A stretch of DNA of 64,000 nt from Octopus bimaculoides (Eukaryota). Shown in pieces: positions 1 through 12,009 of this stretch. Numbering within the stretch: the stretch's first letter is position 1; every line of letters starts with the position of its first letter. The DNA lies in NCBI RefSeq assembly GCF_001194135.2, contig NC_068981.1:147698108-147762107 (forward strand), read 5' to 3'. The position numbers and the translations under genes are program-made. The notes beneath the pieces are model-generated. The model saw only the letters and a list, made by a program, of their open reading frames with translations, ran no database searches and had not been told where the DNA came from.

Positions 1-40
1 ATAAATAAATAAATAAATATATATATATATATATATATAT

Positions 41-43
<3 letters not shown>

Positions 44-71
<28 letters not shown>

Positions 72-341
72 CCGTTTAATGTCCGCTTTCCATGCTAGCA
101 TGGGTTGGACGATTTGACTGAGGACTGGTGAAACGGATGGCTATACCAGGCTCCAATCTGATCTGGCAGAATTTCTGCAGCTGGATGTCCTTCCTAACGC
201 CAACCACTCAGAGAGTGTAGTGGGTGGCTTTTACGTGCCACCGGCACGAGGGCTAGTCACGTGGTACTGGCAACAGTCATGCTCAAAATGGTGCCACCTG
301 CACAGGAGCCAGTCCAGCGGCACTGGCAACGACCTCGCTCG

Positions 342-345
<4 letters not shown>
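44..345 (-). mobile_element. RTE-1 LINE 3' end/UTR fragment with (GAT)n tail
   Basis: Reverse complement of the 3' end that follows the RTE ORF at 26485-26597 (cgtccaacccatgctagcatggaaagcggacgttaaa + gat repeats). Confidence 0.85.
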
Positions 346-381
<36 letters not shown>

Positions 382-1439
382 TCATACACGTGTGTGGATG
401 AATATGCATGTGTAAATGAGTGTGTGTATGTATCAGTATTTATGTTCACCTCTATAAACCTGTGTGTATGCTGGATCCCCTTAGGCCAAAATAGATAACT
501 TAGTAATTCAATAAATAAAGATTGATAAAGTAAGTATTGTACTGAAATAAATACTGGATCAGCAAAAAACACTTGAAGATGATGCTCTGGCATGGGCACT
601 GCCTAATGACTAAGTTAAAGGATATACCCAGCTAAAGAGTGAAAAATAAAAGAATAACTAAAGACCAAATTCTTTTTTGGAAATAACTACACTTAGAAGA
701 CTCTTGAGGAAATTCTCACTTAACATAACAGAATAGAAGTTAAGAAAAAGAAAAAAGAAATGATTGTGAAGATGTGAGTAAATAATAAATGAAAAAAGTT
801 TCTTTAAATTGAAATCTACTGTTTGAATAAAATCTAAACTAACATTTTAGTAACTTTTCATTACCTGTAAGGTGTACTGTGAAATATCTTAACCAATCAA
901 TGATACAGGCCTCAAGGATTTTAAATCTGCTCAATAAGGAAAGTAATCTGTTATATAGGTATGTTTGAAAAGAGAAAGGAAACAAAGCAAAAAGAAAAAC
1001 TAAAAAAAAAAAAAATGAAAAAGAAAAGCTATTATTTGCACTTAAAACATCTTAAAGCATTTATCTTTCAAATTCTCTTCACCATTTTTTCCTTCTCAGA
1101 AGCAGCATAAAATAAACTAACATGAGTAGTACAATATTTTGGAGATGTACTCGTCTGGCAAACAATTTAATCTAAGACTGTGTTAAAACTAAAACAATTA
1201 CAGCATGCAAGGTACATATTAGTTATTCAAAAACACACAGAAACTGTTAACTTCTCTTAGACATTTATTATTATTTGGTATCAGCGGAACTTTGTCAGTG
1301 ACCAGGTTGCAATTGATCTGACAAAAATTTTAACACCAAATAGATATTTAAGAGAAGTAAACTGTCTTAAGGTGGTGCTCCAGTATGGCTGCAGTCTGCA
1401 GTCAAAATGACTGAAACAAGTAAAGTAAAAGTCTTAATA

Positions 1440-1615
1440 GGCACAGGCATGGCTGTGTGGTAAGAAGCTTGCTTCCCAGCCACATGCTTCTGGGTTCAGT
1501 CCCACTACATGACACCTTGGCCAAGTGTCTTCCAATATAGACTTGGGCTGACCAAAGTCTTGTGAGTGGATTTAGTAGACAGAAACTGAAAGAAGCCCAT
1601 TGTATACATATATAT
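1440..1615 (+). mobile_element. SINE-A (tRNA head plus CORE-like body), 5' half
   Basis: Head tggctgtgtggtaag...gggttcagtccc, body accttgg(g)caagtgtcttc...gtgagtggattt; about 15 related copies in the window. Confidence 0.85.
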
Positions 1616-1616
1616 G

Positions 1617-1652
<36 letters not shown>

Positions 1653-1653
1653 A

Positions 1654-1729
<76 letters not shown>

Positions 1730-1784
1730 AAAGAATAAAAAGTTTTGAATGGCACAACAATGCACTATAATATAAACAATAGGC

Positions 1785-2378
1785 TATATACCTGCCTCCT
1801 TTAACCTGGAACCAAGAAATTCAGATTACTTTTTCGACAAGTTTAAATCCCACACAAGATCATTCAAATCTCCCTGACTCAACAAATGTGGTTCACTTGA
1901 AGAACAGTTAGGCTCAAAGTCCATGTCTTCTGTTTCTTTCTCCACATCTTCATCACTTGATGTCGTCACCAAGTGTCATTTATTTTGGAGGGTCAGGTAC
2001 AGGTATGTGTTGACTGTGAAGTACTGGTCTCATAGCAGATTGTACACTATAATATCTTACAGTATGCTTGGATTTTTGTGTTATACCTTGTATATTAATC
2101 ATACAAAAGTAGCAATCTGAAGTGTGATCTTTGGGCTGTCTCCAAATCATAGGGATGACAAAAGGCATATGGTGTGAACCTTTGGTCCATGCAGTAAGAA
2201 GTCTGACACAGGTTACACAACACACATTAGGGGCCCAACTTTTATCCTGGTCACCAACTTTGCAGTCAAAGAAATGCTCATAGCATTTTTTAATTAATGG
2301 CGTGAAACGCCATCTTTGTGACTTGAATGTTAAGTCACCGCAAATATAGCAAAAGTTGTTTGCAATGTTTATACACAT
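1785..2378 (-). pseudogene. DNA transposase N-terminal relic, probably CMC/Chapaev3-like
   Basis: ORF 1980-2378 has CYICG..GDQDKSWAP..CC.TC..W..PMIWRQPKDH..DCYFC. It continues after a stop and frameshift as EPHLLSQGDLNDLVWDLNLSKK*SEFLGSRLK. Family assigned from memory of this motif set. Confidence 0.65.
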
Positions 2379-2549
2379 TAGAGTGTAGCTTAATAATACA
2401 TACCTTTTTTACTTATTTTATCAATGGTTTTTTGCTCCTTATGGAACAAAGGTTATTGATTACTTTTCTTTAGTGTTCTCAACTTTGGCCCAACACAACC
2501 ATTTTTATTTCTGGGTTGAACTGGTCCATATTAGTTTGGCTTCTATCCT

Positions 2550-2830
2550 TTGAACTGTCCAGCATAAGAGACCCAACCAGGAGCTTGTGCTCCACTGGCA
2601 TAGCTCTCAGGGCCATTGAGGCACATGCATCACAACAGCACAGCAAGGACTGGACTTTGTAGCGAAATTGTTTTGAGTGACTATGTAGTTGTAAGCATAC
2701 ATAGATACTCCAGCAGAACATTCACGATCTGATAGCTGGGGCTGCACCAGCACCAGATTGGTACTCATTGTAGCTGAGTTGTTTGGAGCAATGTGAAATG
2801 AAGTATCTTGCTCAAGAATACAACATGCTG
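2550..2830 (-). mobile_element. SINE-C, degraded, head truncated
   Basis: Core agctgagt..tggagcaatgtgaaatgaagtatcttgctcaagaa shared with 43150-43210 and 50630-50680. Confidence 0.6.
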
Positions 2831-3299
2831 GTCAGTACATATATTTTGTAAAGAGGGCATAGTTGATTATATTATGCTTTTATTACTCTTTGGGAAAATA
2901 AAATCTCAAGTCAGCTTTGGCAAGATTCAAGCTCAACACTATCTTTAACATAAAGACTTTCCATAAGAAGATCAGATAATCCTGAAAAAACTTATAAAAT
3001 TTCTTTTACAAACATCAATCGAATTGGTCAGTTGAGATGAATCACCATCCCTTACTTGCAATATTTTATATATTTTATTTATTTCATATAATAGATAGTA
3101 TCCCAAGTTGGATATATATTTCCAACAAGCCAGTTATTTATGATGAGGAAAGTGACAAGGAAATGTTTGTGCAACTCAGGAAGAATATTGTTCAAAAGAA
3201 CTGTTTTATTAGTTTTCTTTCCAATATCTACATCTTTCATCAATATACATCAGCAAATGATACATAGATTACATAGCAATACATACATGCATGCACAAA

Positions 3300-3445
3300 G
3301 AAGGCTTACACACAGTTTCTGTCTACTAAATTCTAGTCACAAGATGTTAGTCAACCCAAGGCTATGGTAGAAGATACTTGCTCAAGGTGATAAAGTGGAA
3401 TTGAACCCAGCACCACGTAGTTACAAAGTAAACTTCTTAGTCAAC
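3300..3445 (-). mobile_element. SINE-A 5' half, degraded
   Basis: Similar to the reverse complement of 1440-1615. Confidence 0.7.
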
Positions 3446-3814
3446 GAGTCAAACTTTCATGCTTACTACTATTTTAGAAAATGTTTTGGAGACTCCCAAG
3501 ATTACACAGGCAATGGAATGGTAACATAAAACAGTAGATGGGTCACCTGCCTATACACCATCTGGGGGGTGCAGGGCCTTCATCAGTCAATGTGACCATG
3601 TATCTTGGATGTATATATGCAGGCCTTGGTAAGATGCTGATGCATGAAGTCTCCCCTATGTGCCATTGATGTTTAACCATGGGCAAGGGCTCCTGATTGA
3701 GCTTGACATCAAGGTCATTGCAAGTGTTGCTGTCAGAACACAAAAAATCAGAATAGCTACTGCAGAGCATCCTGCCTGACCCTCTAGCAATTCTACCAAT
3801 CTACCACCCTAGTC

Positions 3815-3945
3815 TAGTACTTTATTCATCAACCCTGAAAGCATGAAAGCCAAAGGTGGCCTTGGTGGGATTTGAACCGGGAGTTAAAACTAAAACTATG
3901 AGTCATCCTATCTAACATTTTAACCACTCTGTCAATTCACCACTT
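3815..3945 (-). mobile_element. SINE-B fragment, degraded
   Basis: tactttattcatcaaccctgaaagcatgaaag..gatttgaac matches the SINE-B body. Confidence 0.65.
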
Positions 3946-4299
3946 TGTACCATTTGTAGAGGACCTTCCCAGATCAATCCCAATGGCAAGTGCTTAACAA
4001 GGAAATCACCAAGGGTCATTCATTGACCTAATGGTATAAGGTGAAAGAATGCTCACATAAAACAAAGCACCAAGAAACAAGAACTTTGAAAGAAAAGTTT
4101 ATATTTTTATCCTGGGACTCTTACTATATAGTTACAGAAGACCTTGAGGGAATAATCACAAATTTATTGCCATGAATATAGCACAAATGATGCTAATGAC
4201 CAAGTGTTTGGTAATGAAGTTGTGTTACTACTGTTGCTAATAAAAGAGTAATAATTATCTCCTGAATTGTTTTACCAACACCCAACAGTGAGATTAAGA

Positions 4300-4379
4300 C
4301 TGCAAATACAGTAGTAGTAGTAGTGGTAGTGGTGGTTGTAGTGGTGATAGTAGAAGTAGTGGTAGTGTTAATGGCGGTG

Positions 4380-4457
<78 letters not shown>

Positions 4458-4485
4458 ATAGTAGTAGTAGTAGTGGCTGTGGTTG
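4300..4485. repeat. (TAG)n/(TGG)n compound microsatellite
   Basis: Directly visible; it produces the poly-Leu ORF 4294-4722. Confidence 0.95.
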
Positions 4486-4629
4486 CAGGAGTGGTCTGAA
4501 CCTTACAATTTCAATATTAGTGCAATTTTCTATTTTCACTAGCAAACATAGTTCTACTGATGTGGTTGGTGTTGAAGTATGATGTGAAGGTGGGGTGAGA
4601 TAGGGGTTATTACTTTCAGGCCTCATAAC

Positions 4630-4850
4630 AACAAAACAACATATACAACAAGAATAAGCCAACAAGGGTGCCTCTATGTGGTGATTTGACTTGATGGAAA
4701 TAGTAGGTGAATCTCCTTCCACAGCTATACTTTATAGTCTCTGATATATTAGGTTGAAAAAGAAGATGGGGTGGTCACAACTGGAATGTCTTTGATCATA
4801 GTTCTTCTACATCAGGGTTGAACTGGGGTTAAACCATGGCCACAGTTACA
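4630..4850 (+). repeat. Rep-D unclassified dispersed repeat
   Basis: gcctctatgtgg..gaaatag..ggtcacaactggaatgtctttgatcatag..ctggggttaaac; related copies at 6.7, 14.7, 41.6-42.2, 45.7, 46.8, 57.9 and 62.3 kb. Confidence 0.7.
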
Positions 4851-4894
4851 ATAGCCACAACAAGAACAAACCAAATTTACTAAGTTAGACCACA

Positions 4895-5075
4895 TAAATA
4901 ATTGTTTCTAACAGGCACAAAACCAGAAATTTGGGAGAGGGGATTGGTTGACTATGCTGACCTCAGTTCTTGACAGGTGCTCTCTTTTATCAGCCCTGGA
5001 AGGATGAAAGGCAAAACAGAATGCAAAAAAGCCTGAAAAAGTACAAGACATTTTGGCCAACACTCTACTTACACA
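4895..5075 (-). mobile_element. SINE-B
   Basis: ggcacaa..aaattt..ggaaggatgaaaggcaaa body. Confidence 0.75.
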
Positions 5076-5179
5076 CCACCCTTAACATATTAATTATTTA
5101 AACAGGTCTACAAATCTCTTGACGACCTCTCTTCTTTAATATATGTTGTACATACACTTTTATCTTATACTTTAATATT

Positions 5180-5629
5180 TCAAGGATAAAACTGCTGGTC
5201 ATCCATCATCAAATGGTGAACACAATCACTGTTTTCTTCAGTGGTGGCAGTTGCAGGACGTTCAGACCTTGGGTCATCTTCAAAACTCTCTCTTCCCCTC
5301 CTAAATTCAGCTGTCCACTCTTTCACTGTTGATAAAGCTGGAGCATCAACCCCTAATGTAGCAACCATGTCAGCATGAATGTCCTTTAGAGCTAAACCCT
5401 TTTTCTGTAGGTACTTGATAACACCACAATACCAAATTTTCTCCATTTTCAAGAGAAGCTGCTACTAGTTACTTTTGAAGTTTTCTCTGAACAGTCAGAT
5501 GTCAGTTTTACTGGAAAGAAACAATGCAGTTATTAATAAGAAGAAGAGATGAAATTAATACGTGCATGATTTCACAGCTCTAGCATCACTCCTTTATAGT
5601 CAGTCTATGAACTTTTCAACTCACCCTTG
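5180..5629 (-). mobile_element. mariner transposon 5' fragment (TIR plus N-terminal HTH coding)
   Basis: ORF 5180-5452 (..VIKYLQKKG..IHADMVATLG..ALSTVKEW.AEFRRGRES.EDDPRS.RP) is a typical mariner N-terminus; TIR-like end caagggtgagttgaaaagttc next to TA at 5630-5631. Confidence 0.85.
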
Positions 5630-5636
5630 TAGCAAG

Positions 5637-5768
5637 AGAAAATGGAGAATGGCAATGTGGTAACATTTGAATAGACATGTGGGGATGGCAATGTGGGGAT
5701 GGCATGTGGGGATGGCAAAATGGAGAATGGCAATGTGGTAACATTTCAGTAGACATGTGGGGATGGTA
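5637..5768. repeat. Short tandem duplication with atgtggggatggc subunits
   Basis: aaaatggagaatggcaatgtggtaacattt occurs twice; atgtggggatgg occurs four times. Confidence 0.85.
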
Positions 5769-6054
5769 GAGGTTGTGACATGTGCACACTGGTATTTTTA
5801 CAATCACCAATCACATAATTTGCATCTGTTGTTAATTGATGGGTTTAAATTATAAATGAGGATGTCCTCATTAATTCTTGAATTTTTAATGTTCCATGCA
5901 GTGGCTCTGATGGTGACCATGATGTCTTGAGTGTGACATTTCTTCAGATGTTTTTTTAATGGAAGGTATACTTGCCTGGATGTGTTCTTTAATGCAGATG
6001 CCCAATTTGTGGATAATATTTGCTATGTAGGATCCAAAACATTTATTGTAAACT

Positions 6055-6240
6055 ATATTGTATACCAAGGTGGTGACCTGGCACAATTGTTAGCACATCA
6101 GACAAAATGCTTTGTAGCATTTCTTCTGGCTCTTTACATTCTGAGTTCAAACCCTGCTGAGGTCAACTTTGCTTTTCATCCCTTTGAGATTGATAAAATA
6201 AAGCACCAGTTAAAGGATTGGGATTGATGTAATTGACTTT
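6055..6240 (+). mobile_element. SINE-B
   Basis: ttctgagttcaaa..gaggtcaactttgcttttcatccctt..gataaaataaagcaccag. Confidence 0.8.
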
Positions 6241-6664
6241 TCACATTGCCCTTGAACCCCGCAATGGACCAGTATCCTCTTCAGAATGAATGTTGAGACT
6301 CCAATCACTTACATGCCATGCAAACTGTAAAACCAACTTTATGAATCCTATGGCTCAAGTAAAAGAAAAAATATATTGTACAGCTCATAAACTCTCCACA
6401 TTCTTGAATAAGCAGCCCTTCAAAAGCAACATTTAATAATTGAAACAAATAGGAAAACTGTCACAATTTTTCACCAGTTCTGCTTCAGTCAAGTGGTTTA
6501 GCTACACAAAAAGTAAAAGGCACTGCAAATTTAGCCAGATTCACATCGGAAATTTTTACTTGTTGACTTCTAAGCACTTCCAGCCCATTCCAGAATTCAG
6601 TAATTAATGTTCCAGTTGTAATGACACTATTAACAATGACCCAATGAGAAAACATCTATATAAG

Positions 6665-6835
6665 CATTAGAGCTGCTACTGTAGCAGCCAAATCTCCACG
6701 AAATCATACCCTAACATTGTGAAAAAGGAAGGACATAGAGGATTATGCTGTCCTAGATACTAAATGACTGGAATGGTTTTGATCATAGATATGTTTGATT
6801 AGGGTTGACCTGGGGCTAAATAAATATAACAACAA
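6665..6835 (+). repeat. Rep-D copy
   Basis: gcagccaaatctcc..ctggaatggttttgatcatag..gacctggggctaaa. Confidence 0.7.
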
Positions 6836-6854
6836 TACCATTAATATATAGGTT

Positions 6855-7065
6855 TCAAATTTTGGCAGAAGGCCAACAATTTTGAGGGAGGGGGCTAAGT
6901 TGATTAAATCAGCCCCAGTGCTCTCTCTACTAGTATTTACTTTATCTACCCTGAAAGGATGAAAAGCAAAGTTAACCTTGGCGACATTTGAAATCAAACA
7001 TTGGAAGGACTGCTGCTAAGCACTTTGCTTGACATGGTAACAATTTTGCCAGCTCACCACCTTGA
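6855..7065 (-). mobile_element. SINE-B
   Basis: Full-length body ending gccagctcaccacctt. Confidence 0.8.
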
Positions 7066-7499
7066 CAGTACCAATACTGATAGTATTAATAATAGTATTA
7101 ATCTGAAAGTCTTTCTTGTTAACGTAATATTATTATGAGTTATTAATATAATATTAATCAATATAATTTTAAAATTCAATGTCTGTTTCCTGTATTGCGC
7201 TCCTTAATTTTAGACTAAACTAGGAATTGTCACAACAAAATATTTTGTGGAAATAATTGTGGATTCAATTATGGACATAAGATCTTGTGCCAGAATTTTT
7301 AAAAAAATGGAAAAGAATCTGACCCCTAGAGGCCTCAAAACAGAAGAATTTTGTTCATTATTATACCAACATATTTACAAAACTTTGTTGCCATTGCTCA
7401 TAATAAAGAAAATTTAAAGAATACAAAGACACATACATACTTTCATACATGCATACACAGATAGACATATACACAGACACACACACACATGCATGCATA

Positions 7500-8950
7500 C
7501 ATCATCATCATTTAACGGCCATTGTCCATGCTGGCATGGTTTGGATAGTTTGACCAGAGCTGGCAAGCTGGGGAGCTGCACGAGACTCTAGTCTGATTTG
7601 ACATGGTTTCTATAGCTGGATGCTCTTTCTAACACCAACCACTTTACAGAGTGTGCTGGGTGCTTTTAGGTGGCACCACACAGGCACTTTTATGTGGCAT
7701 TGCACAAGTGCTTTTACATGGCACCACCGCTAGTACTTTTTATGTGATACCATCACAGGACTCTTCCAGGTCAATCCTCACCACCAGGGGACCAGTCTTA
7801 ACCCATCTTCTGTGGAGTAGAGGTCTTCTTGAGTACAGCAATATGCCTGGCATCTCGGTCCTTTGTCATCTCACTTGAAAGGTTCAGCATTCTGAGGTCA
7901 TTCTTCAGTACTTCATCCCATGTTTTCCTGGGTCCCCCACTACCCCCATCTACTTTAAGAGATTGGCATTTCTTTATGGAGCTGTTGGCATCCATCTGCA
8001 TCACATGACCAAACCAGCACAGTCTTCTCTCTTGTACACAGCAACCAATTCCTCTTATGCCAAACTTCTCTCTCAAAACACTTGCACTCTGTCGAACATG
8101 TACATTTACATTACACATCCAGTAGAGCATACTAACCTCATTCCTTTCTAATATTCACATGTCCTCTGCATTCATGACCCATGTCTCACTATCATGTAGA
8201 ATTGTTGTCCCTATACAAGCATCATGCAATCTTCCTTCACTCAGAGGCAGAAACCTTTTGTAGCCAACAAAGTAACAGTTCTCTGAATTTCCTCCATCCT
8301 ATTCTTATTCTAGCTAGCACACTCTCTATGCATCCCCCTTCACTATTAATTTGCTCTCCTAGGTAGCAAAATTTATTTACTACCTCTAATGAATCACCAG
8401 GGCATTTGAGAGAACCAATTTCTCAAGTTTCTATAATTTTTATGGATCCTATGCATCTTCCACACATGAACACTACATTTTCTGATAGTTATCCTATTAA
8501 TCCACTGCACCTTTTGCGTGTCCAAAGGTTACACTGGGTACACTGTATGGAATTTCTGCCTACACCTTTCTTACAAATTGAACAGGGCCATCTACCAGGA
8601 GTGGGTAGGGTCCTGTCAGTTTTCTTGCTTACTAGGCCATTAGTCTTGGCTTAGTTAGCCTTAAGGTCCTTAGATTCCAGGTTTTGCTTCCACACCTGGA
8701 ATTTTTCTTCTAGTCCTGTTATGGAATCTGACATGAGGGGAAAATCATAAACATATAGCAGTTCTCAAGGGCTGCTGGTCTGGAATTCCTCTGTTATGGC
8801 CTGGAGGATAATGACGAAAAGGAGGGGACTAAGGATTGAACCTTGATGAACCCCTAATTGTACACAATATTCTTTGCTGTACTTGGGGTTAGCTCTCAAC
8901 TTACTGACAGCATCTTTGTACATGGCCTGTACAGCTTTCACTAGTCACTC
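7500..8950 (-). mobile_element. RTE-1 LINE, 5'-truncated, decayed (RT half, C-terminus, 3' UTR, tail)
   Basis: Minus-strand translation GVHQGSILSPLLFVIILQAITEEF..ELLYVYD (YADD motif decayed), then a C4HC3 finger and RRLCWFGHV..GPRKTWDEVLKNDL (ORF 7798-8130), 3' UTR and (GAT)n tail. Confidence 0.92.
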
Positions 8951-9611
8951 TTCTATAGACAGACACAGAGAAAATCATTTGTAACAAAGATTCTCAATAG
9001 AAATTGAATACATACACATACACAAATTATCACACACACACACACATACATGCACGCACATGCACACACACACACGCACACACACACACACTTCTAACGA
9101 ATGCATGTTATTAGGAAAGGAAAATGAAAGTACTATATTGTTCAAAGATTTATATATATAAAAAAAAAATGAACAAAAGTTTTCATCTGTTTACGCATAA
9201 CTACTGTTTTTTAAAAAGAATTTTATACAGTTTCATGAATTATGAATGAAATTTAGTTTACATATATTTCTGTTCTTCTCTCAGTCTCCAGCACCAGACA
9301 CTGCTTCATCACTATATTTATCTCTTCTTAGCGCCACTCAATTATCCCCAGACTATCTTCTAAAATGTGAGTGACCATGGAGTTCCTCAACAGCAACAAA
9401 TCTCTCTGCTCTGACCCCTTCCTTTATACTTTAACCCCTCATCTCCTAGCACGAAACTGTCTTTCTCAGGTTGTATAGTGACCTCAGTGGTACTACTGGT
9501 ACAAAGAAAGTACATTGTATAATTTGTAAATTGATTGGCATTAGAAAGGACATTCAGCCATAGGAAACATACCAAAGTAGGCATTGGAGAACAATGCAGT
9601 CCATATTGTTT

Positions 9612-10506
9612 CTAATTTAGGCACAGGAGCCACAGTTTGAGAAGAGAAACTAGTTAATTGCCTCAACCTTCAGTACTTGACCAGTATTTTATTTCATTGA
9701 CCTCCAAAGGATGAAAGACAAAGATGACTTCAGCTGGACTTGAACTTAGGGAGTAAAGCAGAAAAATACTGCAACGCAATTTTGTTCAGTGCTCAAACAA
9801 TACTGCCAATTCACCACTCATATTAATTCTTTCTACTACAGGCAAAAGGTCTGAAATTTTGGGAAAGCGTCTAGTCAATTACATTAACCCCAGCACTTGA
9901 CTGGTATTTATTTTATTGACACTGAAAGGTTGAAAGGCAAAGTCGACCTTGGTGGAATTTGAACTCAGAGTGTAAAGCCAGAATAAATAATACTAAGCAT
10001 TTTCTCTGGCATTCTAACAATTCTGCCAGCTCATTGCCTTAACACTACTCTTAATAACAACATGTAATTATATTCTTTTCTACTCTAGGCACAAGGCCCT
10101 AAATTTTGGGGAAGGAGACCAGTCAATTAGATTGACCCCAGTATGCAACTGGTACTTAATTTATCGACCCCGAAAGGATGAAAGGCAAAGTCGACCTCAG
10201 TGGAACTTGAACTCAGAATGTAAAGACAGACGAAATACTGCTAAACATTTTGCCCGGTGTGCTAACATTTCTTATTTCTTTACTGCCCACAAGGGGCTAC
10301 ACACAGAGGGGACAAACAAGGACAGACAAACGGATTAAGTTGATTATATCGACCCCAGTGCATAACTGGTACTTATTTAATCGACCCTGAAAGGATGAAA
10401 GGTAAAGTTGACCTTGGTGGAATTTGAACTCAGAATGTAGCAGCAGACGAAATACCGCTAAGCATTTCGCCCGGCGTGCTAACGTTTCTGCCAGCTTGCT
10501 GCCTTA
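9612..10506 (-). mobile_element. Four head-to-tail SINE-B copies (about 9612-9817, 9826-10041, 10072-10270, 10271-10506)
   Basis: The gaaaggatgaaaggcaaagt..ggaatttgaactcaga body occurs four times; the last copy has the alternative gcccacaagggg..gacaaacaaggacagac tail. Confidence 0.9.
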
Positions 10507-10832
10507 AACAACATATAATTATAGTTATAATAGAGTTGCCAAGCTGCATCTCAGAAAAGTAAGTGACCAATAGCATTATGGTAGGCAAATATAAGACTTC
10601 TGGGTTTATTAAATATTCCAAATCTATAGCAGTTATAAGACTAAGCATAAATAAAATTGGAAACTCAAAATAGCAAAAGACTTAGGTCTTAGCTTTGAAT
10701 AAATGAATAAACTCTGCTATACATATTGAATATTTTTTCCCTTCATTATACAACTCCATCACACACACACACACACACACACATATATACACACACATGC
10801 ACACATACATATATATTACATATATATATGTT

Positions 10833-10894
<62 letters not shown>

Positions 10895-11429
10895 CATATA
10901 TTTATACATACATGTAATAGATCTACACATGTACAAATATCCTTTAGATTTATACCATCTGTTTGTGAAGTTCACAGAAAAGATTTACACTGTTATGAAA
11001 AATGAATTCACATAAAAGAATTATAATGATTCATTGGAAACTTATACAATATTTTTAAACAGTATTCAAAATATCTTTTGTCTATTATAAAACTGAAAAA
11101 CTTTCTCAGCTTGATTTTAATAATTTTACTATGCTTTTTGTAAAACAGATAATATCTAACAATATTTTTGAAATTTCTGTCAACTTATAAAACTCATTTT
11201 CCCAGCCCCATTAACTTTCCTTAGGGTGTTTATTTCTAATGAATGTCTTTAGATAGTGAACCAATGACCAGTTCTCTTCAAATGAGGGTGTTATTAGCAA
11301 TAGTTCCTTGAAATTCTGAGCAATGGCCCTTATTCCATGCACAGGAAGTTGGCAAAACATCTCAATCTCTGCCAAGAATCCTATTCCAGTTCTTACATTG
11401 TTTTTGGAGTAGGATACTTAATATGTCAT

Positions 11430-11748
11430 GAAGGCATGTGGCTTAATGGTTAAGATATCTTGCTCACAATCATAAGGTTGTGAGCTCAATACCCAATGGT
11501 GCACTGTGTCCTTGAGCAAGACATGTAATTTTTTTTGCTGCAGTCAACTCAGCTGGCAAAAATGAGTAGTACCTGTATTTTAATAGGTCAGCTTTGTCAC
11601 ATCCTGTGTCATGCTGAATCTCCCTGAGGACTACATTAAGGGTAAGCGTGCTTGGGAAGTGTTTGGCCATTTGCACATTAATTTCATGAGCAGACTCTTC
11701 TGGTGATCAGATCGACTGGAACCCTTGTCATAACCGACAGAGTGCCAG
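11430..11748 (+). mobile_element. SINE-C, full length, 15-bp TSD
   Basis: TSD tacttaatatgtcat at 11415-11429 and 11749-11763; A-box-like tggcttaatggttaag; core actcagctggcaaaaatgagta. Confidence 0.9.
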
Positions 11749-12009
11749 TACTTAATATGTCATCTGACTTAACAATACCACTGTGTAATTCTTGGGTGTC
11801 TTTAGTGGAGTCAGCTGTATTTCAAGGATTAGGACCAGGACTCCAGTCTTGGGATAATTCAATATCTTAAAGTACTACTCCCTACTGTAGCAACCAGTGA
11901 GTCACAGTTGCTTCCCCCTTCTTCCCTCATTAACACTGAAAGCCCTTCAAAGGATCATGGAAACTAGGCTTTCTTCTCTGATTAAGTAACAGTACTGCTG
12001 AGATATTAA

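Noticed and set aside
870-1211. Plus-strand segments with splice-like ends (about 871-958 and 1100-1211)
   Set aside because: The first has a weak AAG acceptor and the second is closed in all three frames; no recognisable peptide.
4294-4722. Poly-Leu ORF and similar ORFs rich in HT/YI/CV/S/M/H (for example 13907, 15116, 29808, 37220, 44717, 59960)
   Set aside because: These are translations of microsatellites and SINE flanks with no protein-like complexity.
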